A stretch of DNA of 64,000 nt from Eledone cirrhosa (taxonomy: Eukaryota): the NCBI GenBank assembly GCA_964016885.1, contig OZ024742.1, forward strand, positions 373,364,001 to 373,428,000. The letters are read 5' to 3'. Made by a program: the position numbers and the translations under genes. Shown here in pieces: positions 14,300 to 28,900 of this stretch (its first letter is position 1; each line of letters starts with the position of its first letter). The notes under the pieces are model-generated. The model worked only from the letters and a program-made list of their open reading frames with translations. It was not told where the DNA came from and ran no database searches.

Positions 14300-16450
14300 A
14301 TAGTCCCACAAGCCACATACCTCTGATAGTCCCACAAGCCACATACCTCTGATAGTCCCACAAGCCACATACCTCTGATAGTCCCACAAGCCACATACCT
14401 CTGATAGTCCCACAAGTCACATACCTTTGGTAGTCCTACAAGCAACATATTAATCTGATCGTCCCACAAACCACATACCTCTGATAGTCCCACACGCAAC
14501 ATATTAGTCTGATAGTCCCACAAGCCACATACTTCTGATAGTCCCACAAGCCACATATTAGTCTGATAGTCCCACAAGCCACATACCTCTGATAGTCTCA
14601 CAAGCCACATATTAGTCTGATAGTCCCACAAGTCACATACCTCTGATAGTCCCACAAGTCACATACCTCTTATAGTCCCACAAACCACATACTTCTGATA
14701 GTCCCACAAGCCACATACCTCTGATAGTCCCACAAGCCACATATTAGTCTGATAGTCCCACAAACCACATACCTCTGATAGTCCCACAAGCCACATACCT
14801 CTGATAGTCCCACAAGCCACATATTAGTCTGATAGTCCCACAAGTCACATACCTCTGATAGTCCCACAAACCACATATTAGTCTGATAGTTCCACAAGCC
14901 ACATACCTCTGATAGTCCCACAAGCCACATATTAGTCTGATAGTCCCACAGGTCACATATCTCTGATAGACCCACAAGCGACATACCTCTGATAGTCCCA
15001 CAAGCCACATACCTCTGATAGTCCCACAAGCCACATACCTCTGATAGTCTCACAAGCCACATACCTCTGATAGTCCCACTAGCCACATACCTCTGATAGT
15101 CCCACAAGCTACATACCTCTCATAATCCCACAAGCCACATACCTCTCATAGTCCAACACGCCACATATTAGTTTGATAGTCCCACAAGCCACATACCTCT
15201 GATAGTCCCACAAACCACATACCTCTGATAGTCCCACAAGCCGCATATTAGTCTGATAGTCCCACAGGTCACATACCTCTGATAGTCCCACAAACCACAT
15301 ACCTCTGATAGTCCCACAAGCCACATATTAGTCTGATAGTCCCACAGGTCACATACCTCTGATAGTCCCACAAGCCACATACCTCTGATAGTCCCACAAG
15401 CCACATATTAGTCTGATAGTCCCACAAGTCACATACCTCTGATAGTCCCACAAGCTACATATTAGTCTGATAGTCCCACAAGTCACATACCTCTGATAGT
15501 CCCACAAGCCACATAACTCTTATAGTCCATCAAGCCACATACCTCTGATAGTCCCACAAGCCACATACCTCTGATAGTCCCACAAGCCACATACCTCTGA
15601 TAGTTCCACAAGCCACATATTAGTCTGATAGTCCCACAAGCCACATACCTCTGATAGTCCCACAAGCCACATACCTCTGATAGTCCCACAAGCCACATAC
15701 CTCTGATAGTCCCACAAGTCACATACCTTTGGTAGTCCTACAAGCAACATATTAATCTGATCGTCCCACAAACCACATACCTCTGATAGTCCCACACGCA
15801 ACATATTAGTCTGATAGTCCCACAAGCCACATACTTCTGATAGTCCCACAAGCCACATATTAGTCTGATAGTCCCACAAGCCACATACCTCTGATAGTCT
15901 CACAAGCCACATATTAGTCTGATAGTCCCACAAGTCACATACCTCTGATAGTCCCACAAGTCACATACCTCTTATAGTCCCACAAACCACATACTTCTGA
16001 TAGTCCCACAAGCCACATACCTCTGATAGTCCCACAAGCCACATATTAGTCTGATAGTCCCACAAACCACATACCTCTGATAGTCCCACAAGCCACATAC
16101 CTCTGATAGTCCCACAAGCCACATATTAGTCTGATAGTCCCACAAGTCACATACCTCTGATAGTCCCACAAACCACATATTAGTCTGATAGTTCCACAAG
16201 CCACATACCTCTGATAGTCCCACAAGCCACATATTAGTCTGATAGTCCCACAGGTCACATATCTCTGATAGACCCACAAGCGACATACCTCTGATAGTCC
16301 CACAAGCCACATACCTCTGATAGTCCCACAAGCCACATACCTCTGATAGTCTCACAAGCCACATACCTCTGATAGTCCCACTAGCCACATACCTCTGATA
16401 GTCCCACAAGCTACATACCTCTCATAATCCCACAAGCCACATACCTCTGA
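14300..16450. repeat. Repeat with 1302-bp spacing inside the 11.27-kb block (~0.8-kb module, TTTGGTAG...GATCGTCC...GATAGACCC...CATAATCC, present twice)
   Basis: ORF offsets are 14670/15972 and 14744/16046. The rare variants GATCGTCCC (~14457, ~15759) and GATAGACCC (~14965, ~16267) recur at the same 1302-bp spacing. Confidence 0.85.
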
Positions 16451-19400
16451 TAGTTCCACAAGCCACATATTAGTCTGATAGTCCCACAAGTCACATACCT
16501 CTGATAGTCCCACAGGCCACATATTAGTCTGATAGTCCCACAAGCCACATACCTCTGATAGTCCCACAAGTCACATGCCTCTAATAGTCCCACAAGTCAC
16601 ATACCTCTGATAGTCCCACAGGCCACATATTAGTCTGATAGTCCCACAAGCCACATACCTCTGATAGTCCCACAAGCCACATACCTCTGATAGTCCCACA
16701 AACCACATACCTCTGATAGTCCCACAAGCCACATACCTCTGATAGTCCCACAAGCCACATACCTCTGATAGTCCCACAAGCCACATACCTCTGATAGTCC
16801 CACTAGCCACATACCTCTGACAGTCCCACAAGCTACATACCTCTCATAGTCCCACAAGCCACATACCTCTCATAGTCCAACACGCCACATATTAGTTTGA
16901 TAGTCCCACAAGCCACATACCTCTGATAGTCCCACAAACCACATACCTCTGATAGTCCCACAAGCCACATATTAGTCTGATAGTCCCACAGGTCACATAC
17001 TTCTGATAGTCCCACAAACCACATATCTCTGATAGTCCCACAAGCCACATATTAGTCTGATAGTCCATCAAGCCACATACCTCTGATAGTCCCACAAGCC
17101 ACATACCTCTGATAGTCCCACAAGTCACATACCTCTGATAGTCCCACAAGTCACATACCTCTGATAGTCCCACAAGCCACATACCTCTGATAGTACCACA
17201 AGCCACATACCTCTGATTGTCCCACAAGCCACATACCTCTGATAGTCCCACAAGGCACATACCTCTGATAGTCCCACAAGCCACATATTAGTCTGATAGT
17301 CCCACAAGCCACATACCTCTGATAGTCCCACAAGCCACATATTAGTGTGATAGTCCCACAAGTCACATACCTCTGATTGTCCCACAAGCCACATATTAGT
17401 CTGATAGTCCCACAAGTCACATACCTCTGATAGTCTTACAAGCCACATATTAGTATGATAGTCCCACAAGCCACATGCCTCTGATAGTCCCACAAGCCAC
17501 ATATTAGTCTGATAGTCCCAAAAGTCACATACCTCTGATAGTCCCACAAGCCACATATTAGTCTGATAGTCCCACAAATCACATACCTTTGATAGTCCCA
17601 CAAGCCACATATTAATCTGATAGTCCCACAAGCCACATACCTCTGATAGTCCCACAAGCCACATATTAGACTGATAGTCCCACAAGCCACATACCTCTGA
17701 TAGTCCCACAAGCCACATACCTCTGATAGTCCCACAAGCCACATACCTCTGATAGTCCCACAAGCCACATACCTCTGATAGTCCCACAAGTCACATACCT
17801 TTGGTAGTCCTACAAGCAACATATTAATCTGATAGTCCCACAAACCACATACCTCTGATAGTCCCACAAGCCACATACCGCTGATAGTCTCACAAGCCAC
17901 ATATTAGTCTGATAGTCCCACAAGTCACATACCTCTGATAGTTCCACAAGTCACATACCTCTTATAGTCCCACAAACCACATACTTCTGATAGTCCCACA
18001 AGCCACATACCTCTGATAGTCCCACAAGCCACATATTAGTCTGATAGTCCCACAAGCCACATACCTCTGATAGTCCCACAAGCCACATACCTCTGATAGT
18101 CCCACAAGCCACATATTAGTCTGATAGTCCCACAAGTCACATACCTCTGATAGTCCCACAAACCACATATTAGTCTGATAGTTCCACAAGCCACATACCT
18201 CTGATAGTCCCACAAGCCACATATTAGTCTGATAGTCCCACAGGTCACATATCTCTGATAGTCCCACAAGCGACATACCTCTGATAGTCCCACAAGCCAC
18301 ATACCTCTGATAGTCCCACAAGCCACATACCTCTGATAGTCTCACAAGCCACATACCTCTGATAGTCCCACTAGCCACATACCTCTGATAGTCCCACAAG
18401 CTACATACCTCTCATAGTCCCACAAGCCACATACCTCTCATAGTCCAACACGCCACATATTAGTTTGATAGTCCCACAAGCCACATACCTCTCATAGTCC
18501 CACAATCCACATACCTCCGATAGTCCCACAAGCCACATATTAGTCTGATAGTCCCACAGGTCACATACCTCTGATAGTCCCACAAGCCACATACCTCTGA
18601 TAGTCCCACAAGCCACATATTAGTCTGATAGTCCCACAAGTCACATACCTCTGATAGTCCCACAAGCTACATATTAGTCTGATAGTCCCACAAGTCACAT
18701 ACCTCTGATAGTCCCACAAGCCACATAACTCTGATAGTCCATCAAGCCACATACCTCTGATAGTCCCACAAGCCACATACCTCTGATAGTCCCACAAGCC
18801 ACATACCTCTGATAGTCCCACAAGCCACATATTAGTCTGATAGTCCCACAAGCCACATACCTCTGATAGTCCCACAAGCCACATACCTCTGATAGTCCCA
18901 CAAGCCACATATTAGTCTGATAGTCCCACAAGTCACATACCTCTGATAGTCCCACAAGCTACATATTAGTCTGATAGTCCCACAAGTCACATACCTCTGA
19001 TAGTCCCACAAGCCACATAACTCTGATAGTCCATCAAGCCACATACCTCTGATAGTCCCACAAGCCACATACCTCTGACAGTCCCACAAGCCACATACCT
19101 CTGATAGTCCCACAAGCCACATATTAGTCTGATAGTCCCACAAGCCACATACCTCTGATAGTCCCACAAGCCACATACCTCTAATAGTTCCACAAGCCAC
19201 ATATTAGTCTGATAGTCCCACAAGTCACATACCTCTGATAGTCCCACAGGCCACATATTAGTCTGATAGTCCCACAATCCACATACCTCTGATAGTCTCA
19301 CAAGCCACATACCTCTGATAGTCCCACTAGCCACATACCTCTGATAGTCCCACAAGCTACATACCTCTCATAGTCCCACAAGCCACATACCTCTCATAGT

Positions 19401-22400
19401 CCAACACGCCACATATTAGTTTGATAGTCCCACAAGCCACATACCTCTGATAGTCCCACAAACCACATACCTCTGATAGTCCCACAAGCCACATATTAGT
19501 CTGATAGTCCCACAGGTCACATACCTCTGATAGTCCCACAAACCACATACCTCTGATAGTCCCACAAGCCACATATTTGTCTGATAGTCCCACAGGTAAC
19601 ATACCTCTGATAGTCCCACAAGCCACATAACTCTGATAGTCCCACAAGTCACATACATCCGATAGTCCCACAAGCCACATATTAGTCTGATAGTCTTACA
19701 AGCCACATACCTCTGATAGTCCCACAAGCCACATACCTCTAGTAGTCCCACAAGCCACATACCTCTAGTAGTCCCACAAGTCACATACCTCTGATAGTCC
19801 CACAAGTCACATACCTCTGATAGTCCCACAAGCCACATATTAGTCTGATAGTCCCACAAGCCACATACCTCTGATAGTCCCACAAGCCACATACCTCTGA
19901 TAGTCCCACAAGCCACATACCTCTGATAGTCCCACAAACCACATACCTCTGATAGTCCCACAAGTCACATACCTCTGATAGTCCTACAAGCCACATATTA
20001 ATCTGATAGTCCCACAAGCCACATACTTCTGATAGTCCCACAAGCCACATACCTCTGATAGTCCCACAAGTCACATACCTCTGATAGTCCTACAAGCCAC
20101 ATATTAATCTGATAGTCCCACAAGCCACATACCTCTGATAGTCCCACAAGCCACATACCTCTGATAGTCCCACACGCAACATATTAGTCTGATAGTCCCA
20201 CAAGCCACATACTTCTGATAGTCCCACAAGCCACATACCTCTGATAGTCTCACAAGCCACATATTAGTCTGATAGTCCCACAAGCCACATATTTCTGATA
20301 GTCCCACAAGTTATATACCTCTGATAGTCCCACAAGTCACATACCTCTTATAGTCCCAGAAACCACATACTTCTGATAGTCCCATAAGCCACATATTAAT
20401 CTGATAGTCCCACAAGCCACATACCTCTGATAGTCCCACAAGCCACATACCTCTGATAGTCACACAAGCCACATATTAGTCTGATAGTCCCACAAGTGAC
20501 ATACCTCTGATAGTCCCACAAACCACATATTAGTCTGATAGTTCCACAAGCCACATACCTCTGATAGTCCCACAAGCCACATACCTCTGATAGTCCCACA
20601 AGCCACATATTAGTCTGATAGTCCCACAAGCCACATACCTCTGATAGTCCCACAAGCCACATACCTCTGATAGTCCCACAAGCCACATACCTCTGATAGT
20701 CCCACAAGCCACATACCTCTGATAATCCCACAAGCCACATATTAGTCTGATAGTCCCACAAGTGACATACCTCTGATAGTCCCACAAACCACATATTAGT
20801 CTGATAGTTCCACAAGCCACATACCTCTGATAGTCCCACAAGCCACATATTAGTCTGATAGTCCCACAGGTCACATATCTCTGATAGTCCCACAAGCCAC
20901 ATACCTCTGATAGTCCCACAAGCCACATACCTCTGATAGTCCCACAAGCCACATACCTCTAATAGTCCCACAAGCTACATATTAGTCTGATAGTTCCACA
21001 GGCCACATACCTCTGATAGTCCCACAAGCCACATATTAGTCTGATAGTCCCACAAGCCAGAAAGCTCTGATAGTCCCACAAGCCACATACCTCTGATTGT
21101 CCCACAAGCCACATACTGCTGATAGTCCCACAAGCCACATATTGGTCTGATAGTCCCTCAAGTCACATACCTCTGATAGTCCCACAAGCCACATACCTCT
21201 GATAGTCCATCAAGCCACATACCTCTGATAGTCCCACAAGCCACATACCTCTGATAGTCCCACAAGCCACATATTAGTCTGATAGTCCCACAAGCCACAT
21301 ACCTCTGATAGTCCCACAAGCCACATATTAGTGTGATAGTCCCACAAGCCACATACCTCTGATAGTCCCACAAGCCACATATTAGTCTGATAGTCCCACA
21401 AGCGACATACCTCTGATAGTCCCACAAGCCACATACCTCTGATAGTCCCACATGTCACATACCTACGATAGTCCCACAAGCCACATATTAGTCTGATAGT
21501 CTTACAAGCCACATACCTCTGATAGTCCCACAAGTCATATACCTCTGATATTCTCACAAGCCACATATTAGTCTGATAGTCCCACAAGCCACATATTAGT
21601 CTGATAGTCCCACAAATCACATAGTTCTGATAGTCCCACAAGCCACATATAAGTATCATAGTCCCACAAGCCACATACTGCTGATAGTCCCACAAGCCAC
21701 ATATTGGTCTGATAGTCCCACAAGTCACATCCCTCTGATAGTCCCATAAGCCACATATTAATCTGATAGTCCCACAAGCCACATACATCTCATAGTCCCA
21801 CAAGCCACATACCTCTGATAGTCCCACAAACCACATATTAGTCTGATAGTTCCACAAGCCACATACCTCTGATAGTCCCACAAGCCAGATAATTGTCTGA
21901 TAGTCCCACAGGTCACATATCTCTGATAGTCCCACAAGCCACATACCTCTGATAGTCCCACAAGCCACATACCTCTGATAGTCTCACAAGCCACATACCT
22001 CTGATAGTCCCACTAGCCACATACCTCTGACAGTCCCACAAGCTACATACCCCTCATAGTCCCACAAGCCACATACCTCTCATAGTCCAACACGCCACAT
22101 ATTAGTTTGATAGTCCCACAAGCCACATACCTCTGATAGTCCCACAAACCACATACCTCTGATAGTCCCACAAGCCACATATTAGTCTGATAGTCCCACA
22201 GGTCACATACCTCTGATAGTCCCACAAACCACATACCTCTGATAGTCCCACAAGCCACATATTTGTCTGATAGTCCCACAGGTCACATACCTCTGATAGT
22301 CCCACAAGCCACATAACTCTGATAGTCCCACAAGTCACATACATCCGATAGTCCCACAAGCCACATATTAGTCTGATAGTCTTACAAGCCACATACCTCT

Positions 22401-22930
22401 GATAGTCCCACAAGCCACATACCTCTAGTAGTCCCACAAGCCACATACCTCTAGTAGTCCCACAAGTCACATACCTCTGATAGTCCCACAAGTCACATAC
22501 CTCTGATAGTCCCACAAGCCACATATTAGTCTGATAGTCCCACAAGTCACATACCTCTGATAGTCCCACAAGCCACATATTAGTCTGATAGTCCCACAAG
22601 TCACATACCTTTGATAGTCCCACAAGCCACATATTAATCTGATAGTCCCACAAGCCACATATTAGTCTGATAGTCCCACAAGCCACATACCTCTGATAGT
22701 CCCACAAGCCACATACCTCTGATAGTCCCACAAGCCACATACCTCTGATAGTCCCACAAACCACATACCTCTGATAGTCCCACAAGTCACATACCTCTGA
22801 TAGTCCTACAAGCCACATATTAATCTGATAGTCCCACAAGCCACATACTTCTGATAGTCCCACAAGCCACATACCTCTGATAGTCCCACAAGTCACATAC
22901 CTTTGATAGTCCTACAAGCCACATATTAAT

Positions 22931-25900
22931 CTGATAGTCCCACAAGCCACATACCTCTGATAGTCCCACAAGCCACATACCTCTGATAGTCCCACACGCA
23001 ACATATTAGTCTGATAGTCCCACAAGCCACATACTTCTGATAGTCCCACAAGCCACATACCTCTGATAGTCTCACAAGCCACATATTAGTCTGATAGTCC
23101 CACAAGCCACATATTTCTGATAGTCCCACAAGTTATATACCTCTGATAGTCCCACAAGTCACATACCTCTTATAGTCCCAGAAACCACATACTTCTGATA
23201 ATCCCATAAGCCACATATTAATCTGATAGTCCCACAAGCCACATACCTCTGATAGTCCCACAAGCCACATACCTCTGATAGTCACACAAGCCACATATTA
23301 GTCTGATAGTCCCACAAGTGACATACCTCTGATAGTCCCACAAACCACATATTAGTCTGATAGTTCCACAAGCCACATACCTCTGATAGTCCCACAAGCC
23401 ACATACCTCTGATAGTCCCACAACCCACATATTAGTCTGATAGTCCCACAAGCCACATACCTCTGATAGTCCCACAAGCCACATACCTCTGATAGTCCCA
23501 CAAGCCACATACCTCTGATAGTCCCACAAGCCACATACCTCTGATAGTCCCACAAGCCACATATTAGTCTGATAGTTCCACAGGCCACATACCTCTGATA
23601 GTCCCACAAGCCACATATTAGTCTGATAGTCCCACAAGCCAGAAAGCTCTGATAGTCCCACAAGCCACATACCTCTGATTGTCCCACAAGCCACATACTG
23701 CTGATAGTCCCACAAGCCACATATTGGTCTGATAGTCCCTCAAGTCACATACCTCTGATAGTCCCACAAGCCACATACGTCTGATAGTCCATCAAGCCAC
23801 ATACCTCTGATAGTCCCACAAGCCACATACCTCTGATAGTCCCACAAGCCACATATTAGTCTGATAGTCCCACAAGCCACATACCTCTGATAGTCCCACA
23901 AGCCACATATTAGTGTGATAGTCCCACAAGCCACATACCTCTGATAGTCCCACAAGCCACATATTAGTCTGATAGTCCCACAAGCGACATACCTCTGATA
24001 GTCCCACAAGCCACATACCTCTAATAGTCCCACATGCCACATACCTACGATAGTCCCACAAGCCACATATTAGTCTGATAGTCTTACAAGCCACATACCT
24101 CTGATAGTCCCACAAGTCATATACCTCTGATATTCTCACAAGCCACATATTAGTCTGATAGTCCCACAAGCCACATATTAGTCTGATAGTCCCACAAACC
24201 ACATAGTTCTGATAGTCCCACAAGCCACATATAAGTATCATAGTCCCACAAGCCACATACTGCTGATAGTCCCACAAGCCACATATTGGTCTGATAGTCC
24301 CACAAGTCACATCCCTCTGATAGTCCCATAAGCCACATATTAATCTGATAGTCCCACAAGCCACATACATCTCATAGTCCCACAAGCCACATACCTCTGA
24401 TAGTCCCACAAACCACATATTAGTCTGATAGTTCCACAAGCCACATACCTCTGATAGTCCCACAAGCCAGATAATTGTCTGATAGTCCCACAGGTCACAT
24501 ATCTCTGATAGTCCCACAAGCCACATACCTCTGATAGTCCCACAAGCCACATACCTCTGATAGTCTCACAAGCCACATACCTCTGATAGTCCCACTAGCC
24601 ACATACCTCTGACAGTCCCACAAGCTACATACCCCTCATAGTCCCACAAGCCACATACCTCTCATAGTCCAACACGCCACATATTAGTTTGATAGTCCCA
24701 CAAGCCACATACCTCTGATAGTCCCACAAACCACATACCTCTGATAGTCCCACAAGCCACATATTAGTCTGATAGTCCCACAGGTCACATACTTCTGATA
24801 GTCCCACAAAACACATATCTCTGATAGTCCCACAAGCCACATATTAATCTGATAGTCCATCAAGCCACATACCTCTGATAGTCCCACAAGCCACATACCT
24901 CTGATAGTCCCACAAGTCACATACCTCTGATAGTCCCACAAGTCACATACCTCTGATAGTCCCACAAGCCACATACCTCTGATAGTACCACAAGCCACAT
25001 ACCTCTGATTGTCCCACAAGCCACATACCTCTGATAGTCCCACAAGGCACATACCTCTGATAGTCCCACAAGCCACATATTAGTCTGATAGTCCCACAAG
25101 CCACATACCTCTGATAGTCCCACAAGCCACATATTAGTCTGATAGTCCCACAAGTCACATACCTCTGATTGTCCCACAAGCCACATATTAATCTGATAGT
25201 CCCACAAGTCACATACCTCTGATAGTCTTACAAGCCACATATTAGTCTGATAGTCCCACAAATCACATACCTTTGATAGTCCCACAAGCCACATATTAGT
25301 CTGATAGTCCCACAAGCCACATACCTCTGATAGTCCCACAAGCCACATATTAGTCTGATAGTCCCACAAGTCACATACCTCTGATTGTCCCACAAGCCAC
25401 ATATTAATCTGATAGTCCCACAAGTCACATACCTCTGATAGTCCCACAAGCCACATATTAGTCTGATAGTCCCACAAATCACATACCTTTGATAGTCCCA
25501 CAAGCCACATATTAATCTGATAGTCCCACAAGCCACATACCTCTGATAGTCCCACAAGCCACATATTAGTCTGATAGTCCCACAAGCCACATACCTCTGA
25601 TAGTCCCACAAGCCACATACCTCTGATAGTCCCACAAGCCACATACCTCTGATAGTCCCACAAGCCACATACCTCTGATAGTCCCACAAGTCACATACCT
25701 TTGGTAGTCCTACAAGCAACATATTAATCTGATCGTCCCACAAACCACATACCTCTGATAGTCCCACACGCAACATATTAGTCTGATAGTCCCACAAGCC
25801 ACATACTTCTGATAGTCCCACAAGCCACATATTAGTCTGATAGTCCCACAAGCCACATACCTCTGATAGTCTCACAAGCCACATATTAGTCTGATAGTCC

Positions 25901-28900
25901 CACAAGTCACATACCTCTGATAGTCCCACAAGTCACATACCTCTTATAGTCCCACAAACCACATACTTCTGATAGTCCCACAAGCCACATACCTCTGATA
26001 GTCCCACAAGCCACATATTAGTCTGATAGTCCCACAAACCACATACCTCTGATAGTCCCACAAGCCACATACCTCTGATAGTCCCACAAACCACATATTA
26101 GTCTGATAGTTCCACAAGCCACATACCTCTGATAGTCCCACAAGCCACATATTAGTCTGATAGTCCCACAGGTCACATATCTCTGATAGACCCACAAGCG
26201 ACATACCTCTGATAGTCCCACAAGCCACATACCTCTGATAGTCCCACAAGCCACATACCTCTGATAGTCTCACAAGCCACATACCTCTGATAGTCCCACT
26301 AGCCACATACCTCTGATAGTCCCACAAGCTACATACCTCTCATAATCCCACAAGCCACATACCTCTCATAGTCCAACACGCCACATATTAGTTTGATAGT
26401 CCCACAAGCCACATACCTCTGATAGTCCCACAAACCACATACCTCTGATAGTCCCACAAGCCGCATATTAGTCTGATAGTCCCACAGGTCACATACCTCT
26501 GATAGTCCCACAAACCACATACCTCTGATAGTCCCACAAGCCACATATTAGTCTGATAGTCCCACAGGTCACATACCTCTGATAGTCCCACAAGCCACAT
26601 ACCTCTGATAGTCCCACAAGCCACATATTAGTCTGATAGTCCCACAAGTCACATACCTCTGATAGTCCCACAAGCTACATATTAGTCTGATAGTCCCACA
26701 AGTCACATACCTCTGATAGTCCCACAAGCCACATAACTCTTATAGTCCATCAAGCCACATACCTCTGATAGTCCCACAAGCCACATACCTCTGATAGTCC
26801 CACAAGCCACATACCTCTGATAGTTCCACAAGCCACATATTAGTCTGATAGTCCCACAAGCCACATACCTCTGATAGTCCCACAAGCCACATACCTCTGA
26901 TAGTCCCACAAGCCACATACCTCTGATAGTCCCACAAGTCACATACCTTTGGTAGTCCTACAAGCAACATATTAATCTGATCGTCCCACAAACCACATAC
27001 CTCTGATAGTCCCACACGCAACATATTAGTCTGATAGTCCCACAAGCCACATACTTCTGATAGTCCCACAAGCCACATATTAGTCTGATAGTCCCACAAG
27101 CCACATACCTCTGATAGTCTCACAAGCCACATATTAGTCTGATAGTCCCACAAGTCACATACCTCTGATAGTCCCACAAGTCACATACCTCTTATAGTCC
27201 CACAAACCACATACTTCTGATAGTCCCACAAGCCACATACCTCTGATAGTCCCACAAGCCACATATTAGTCTGATAGTCCCACAAACCACATACCTCTGA
27301 TAGTCCCACAAGCCACATACCTCTGATAGTCCCACAAGCCACATATTAGTCTGATAGTCCCACAAGTCACATACCTCTGATAGTCCCACAAACCACATAT
27401 TAGTCTGATAGTTCCACAAGCCACATACCTCTGATAGTCCCACAAGCCACATATTAGTCTGATAGTCCCACAGGTCACATATCTCTGATAGACCCACAAG
27501 CGACATACCTCTGATAGTCCCACAAGCCACATACCTCTGATAGTCCCACAAGCCACATACCTCTGATAGTCTCACAAGCCACATACCTCTGATAGTCCCA
27601 CTAGCCACATACCTCTGATAGTCCCACAAGCTACATACCTCTCATAATCCCACAAGCCACATACCTCTGATAGTTCCACAAGCCACATATTAGTCTGATA
27701 GTCCCACAAGTCACATACCTCTGATAGTCCCACAGGCCACATATTAGTCTGATAGTCCCACAAGCCACATACCTCTGATAGTCCCACAAGTCACATGCCT
27801 CTAATAGTCCCACAAGTCACATACCTCTGATAGTCCCACAGGCCACATATTAGTCTGATAGTCCCACAAGCCACATACCTCTGATAGTCCCACAAGCCAC
27901 ATACCTCTGATAGTCCCACAAACCACATACCTCTGATAGTCCCACAAGCCACATACCTCTGATAGTCCCACAAGCCACATACCTCTGATAGTCCCACAAG
28001 CCACATACCTCTGATAGTCCCACAAGTCACATACCTCCGATAGTCCCACAAGCCACATATTAGTCTGATAGTCTTACAAGCCACATACCTCTGATAGTCC
28101 CACAAGCCACATACCTCTAATAGTCCCACAAGTCACATACCTCTGATAGTCCCACAAGTCACATACCTCTGATAGTCCCACAAGCCACATATTAGTCTGA
28201 TAGTCCCACCAGCCACATATTAGTCTAATAGTCCCACAAACCACATAGTTCTGATAGTCCCACAAGCCACATACTTCTGATAGTCCCACAAGCCACATAC
28301 TGCTGATAGTCCCACAAGCCACATATTGGTTTGATAGTCCCACAAGTCACATACCTCTGATAGTCCCATAAGCCACATATTAGTCTGATAGTCCCACAAG
28401 CCACATACATCTGATAGTCCCACAAGCCACATACCTCTGATAGTCCCACAAGCCACATACCTCTGATAGTCCCACAAGCCACATACCTCTGATAGTCCCA
28501 CAAGCCACATATTAGTGTGATAGTCCCACAAGCCACATACCTCTGATAGTCCCACAAGCCACATACCTCTGATAGTCCCACAAGCCACATATTCGTCTGA
28601 TAGTCCCACAAGCCACATACCTCTGATAGTCCCACAAGCCAAATACCTCTGATAGTCCCACAAGTCACATACCTCTGATAGTCCCACAAGCCACATACCT
28701 CTAATAGTCCCACAAGTCACATACCTCTGATAGTCCCACAAGTCACATACCTCTGATAGTCCCACAAGCCACATATTAGTCTGATAGTCCCACAGGTCAC
28801 ATACATCTGATAGTCCCACAAGCCACATACCTCTGATAGTCCCACAAGCCACATATTAGTGTGATAGTCCCACAAGCCACATACCTCTGATAGTCCCACA

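Larger units (their letters stand above)
5501..28023. repeat. Near-identical tandem duplication of an ~11.27-kb higher-order block (copy 1 ~5501-16780, copy 2 ~16780-28023)
   Basis: Variant monomers and ORF-track entries recur at a constant offset of 11274 (5559/16833, 6688/17962, 8083/19357, 9936/21210, 13351/24625, 14670/25944). The offset becomes 11220 after a 54-bp (A+B) loss near 26089 (15109/26329, 16352/27572). Confidence 0.95.
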
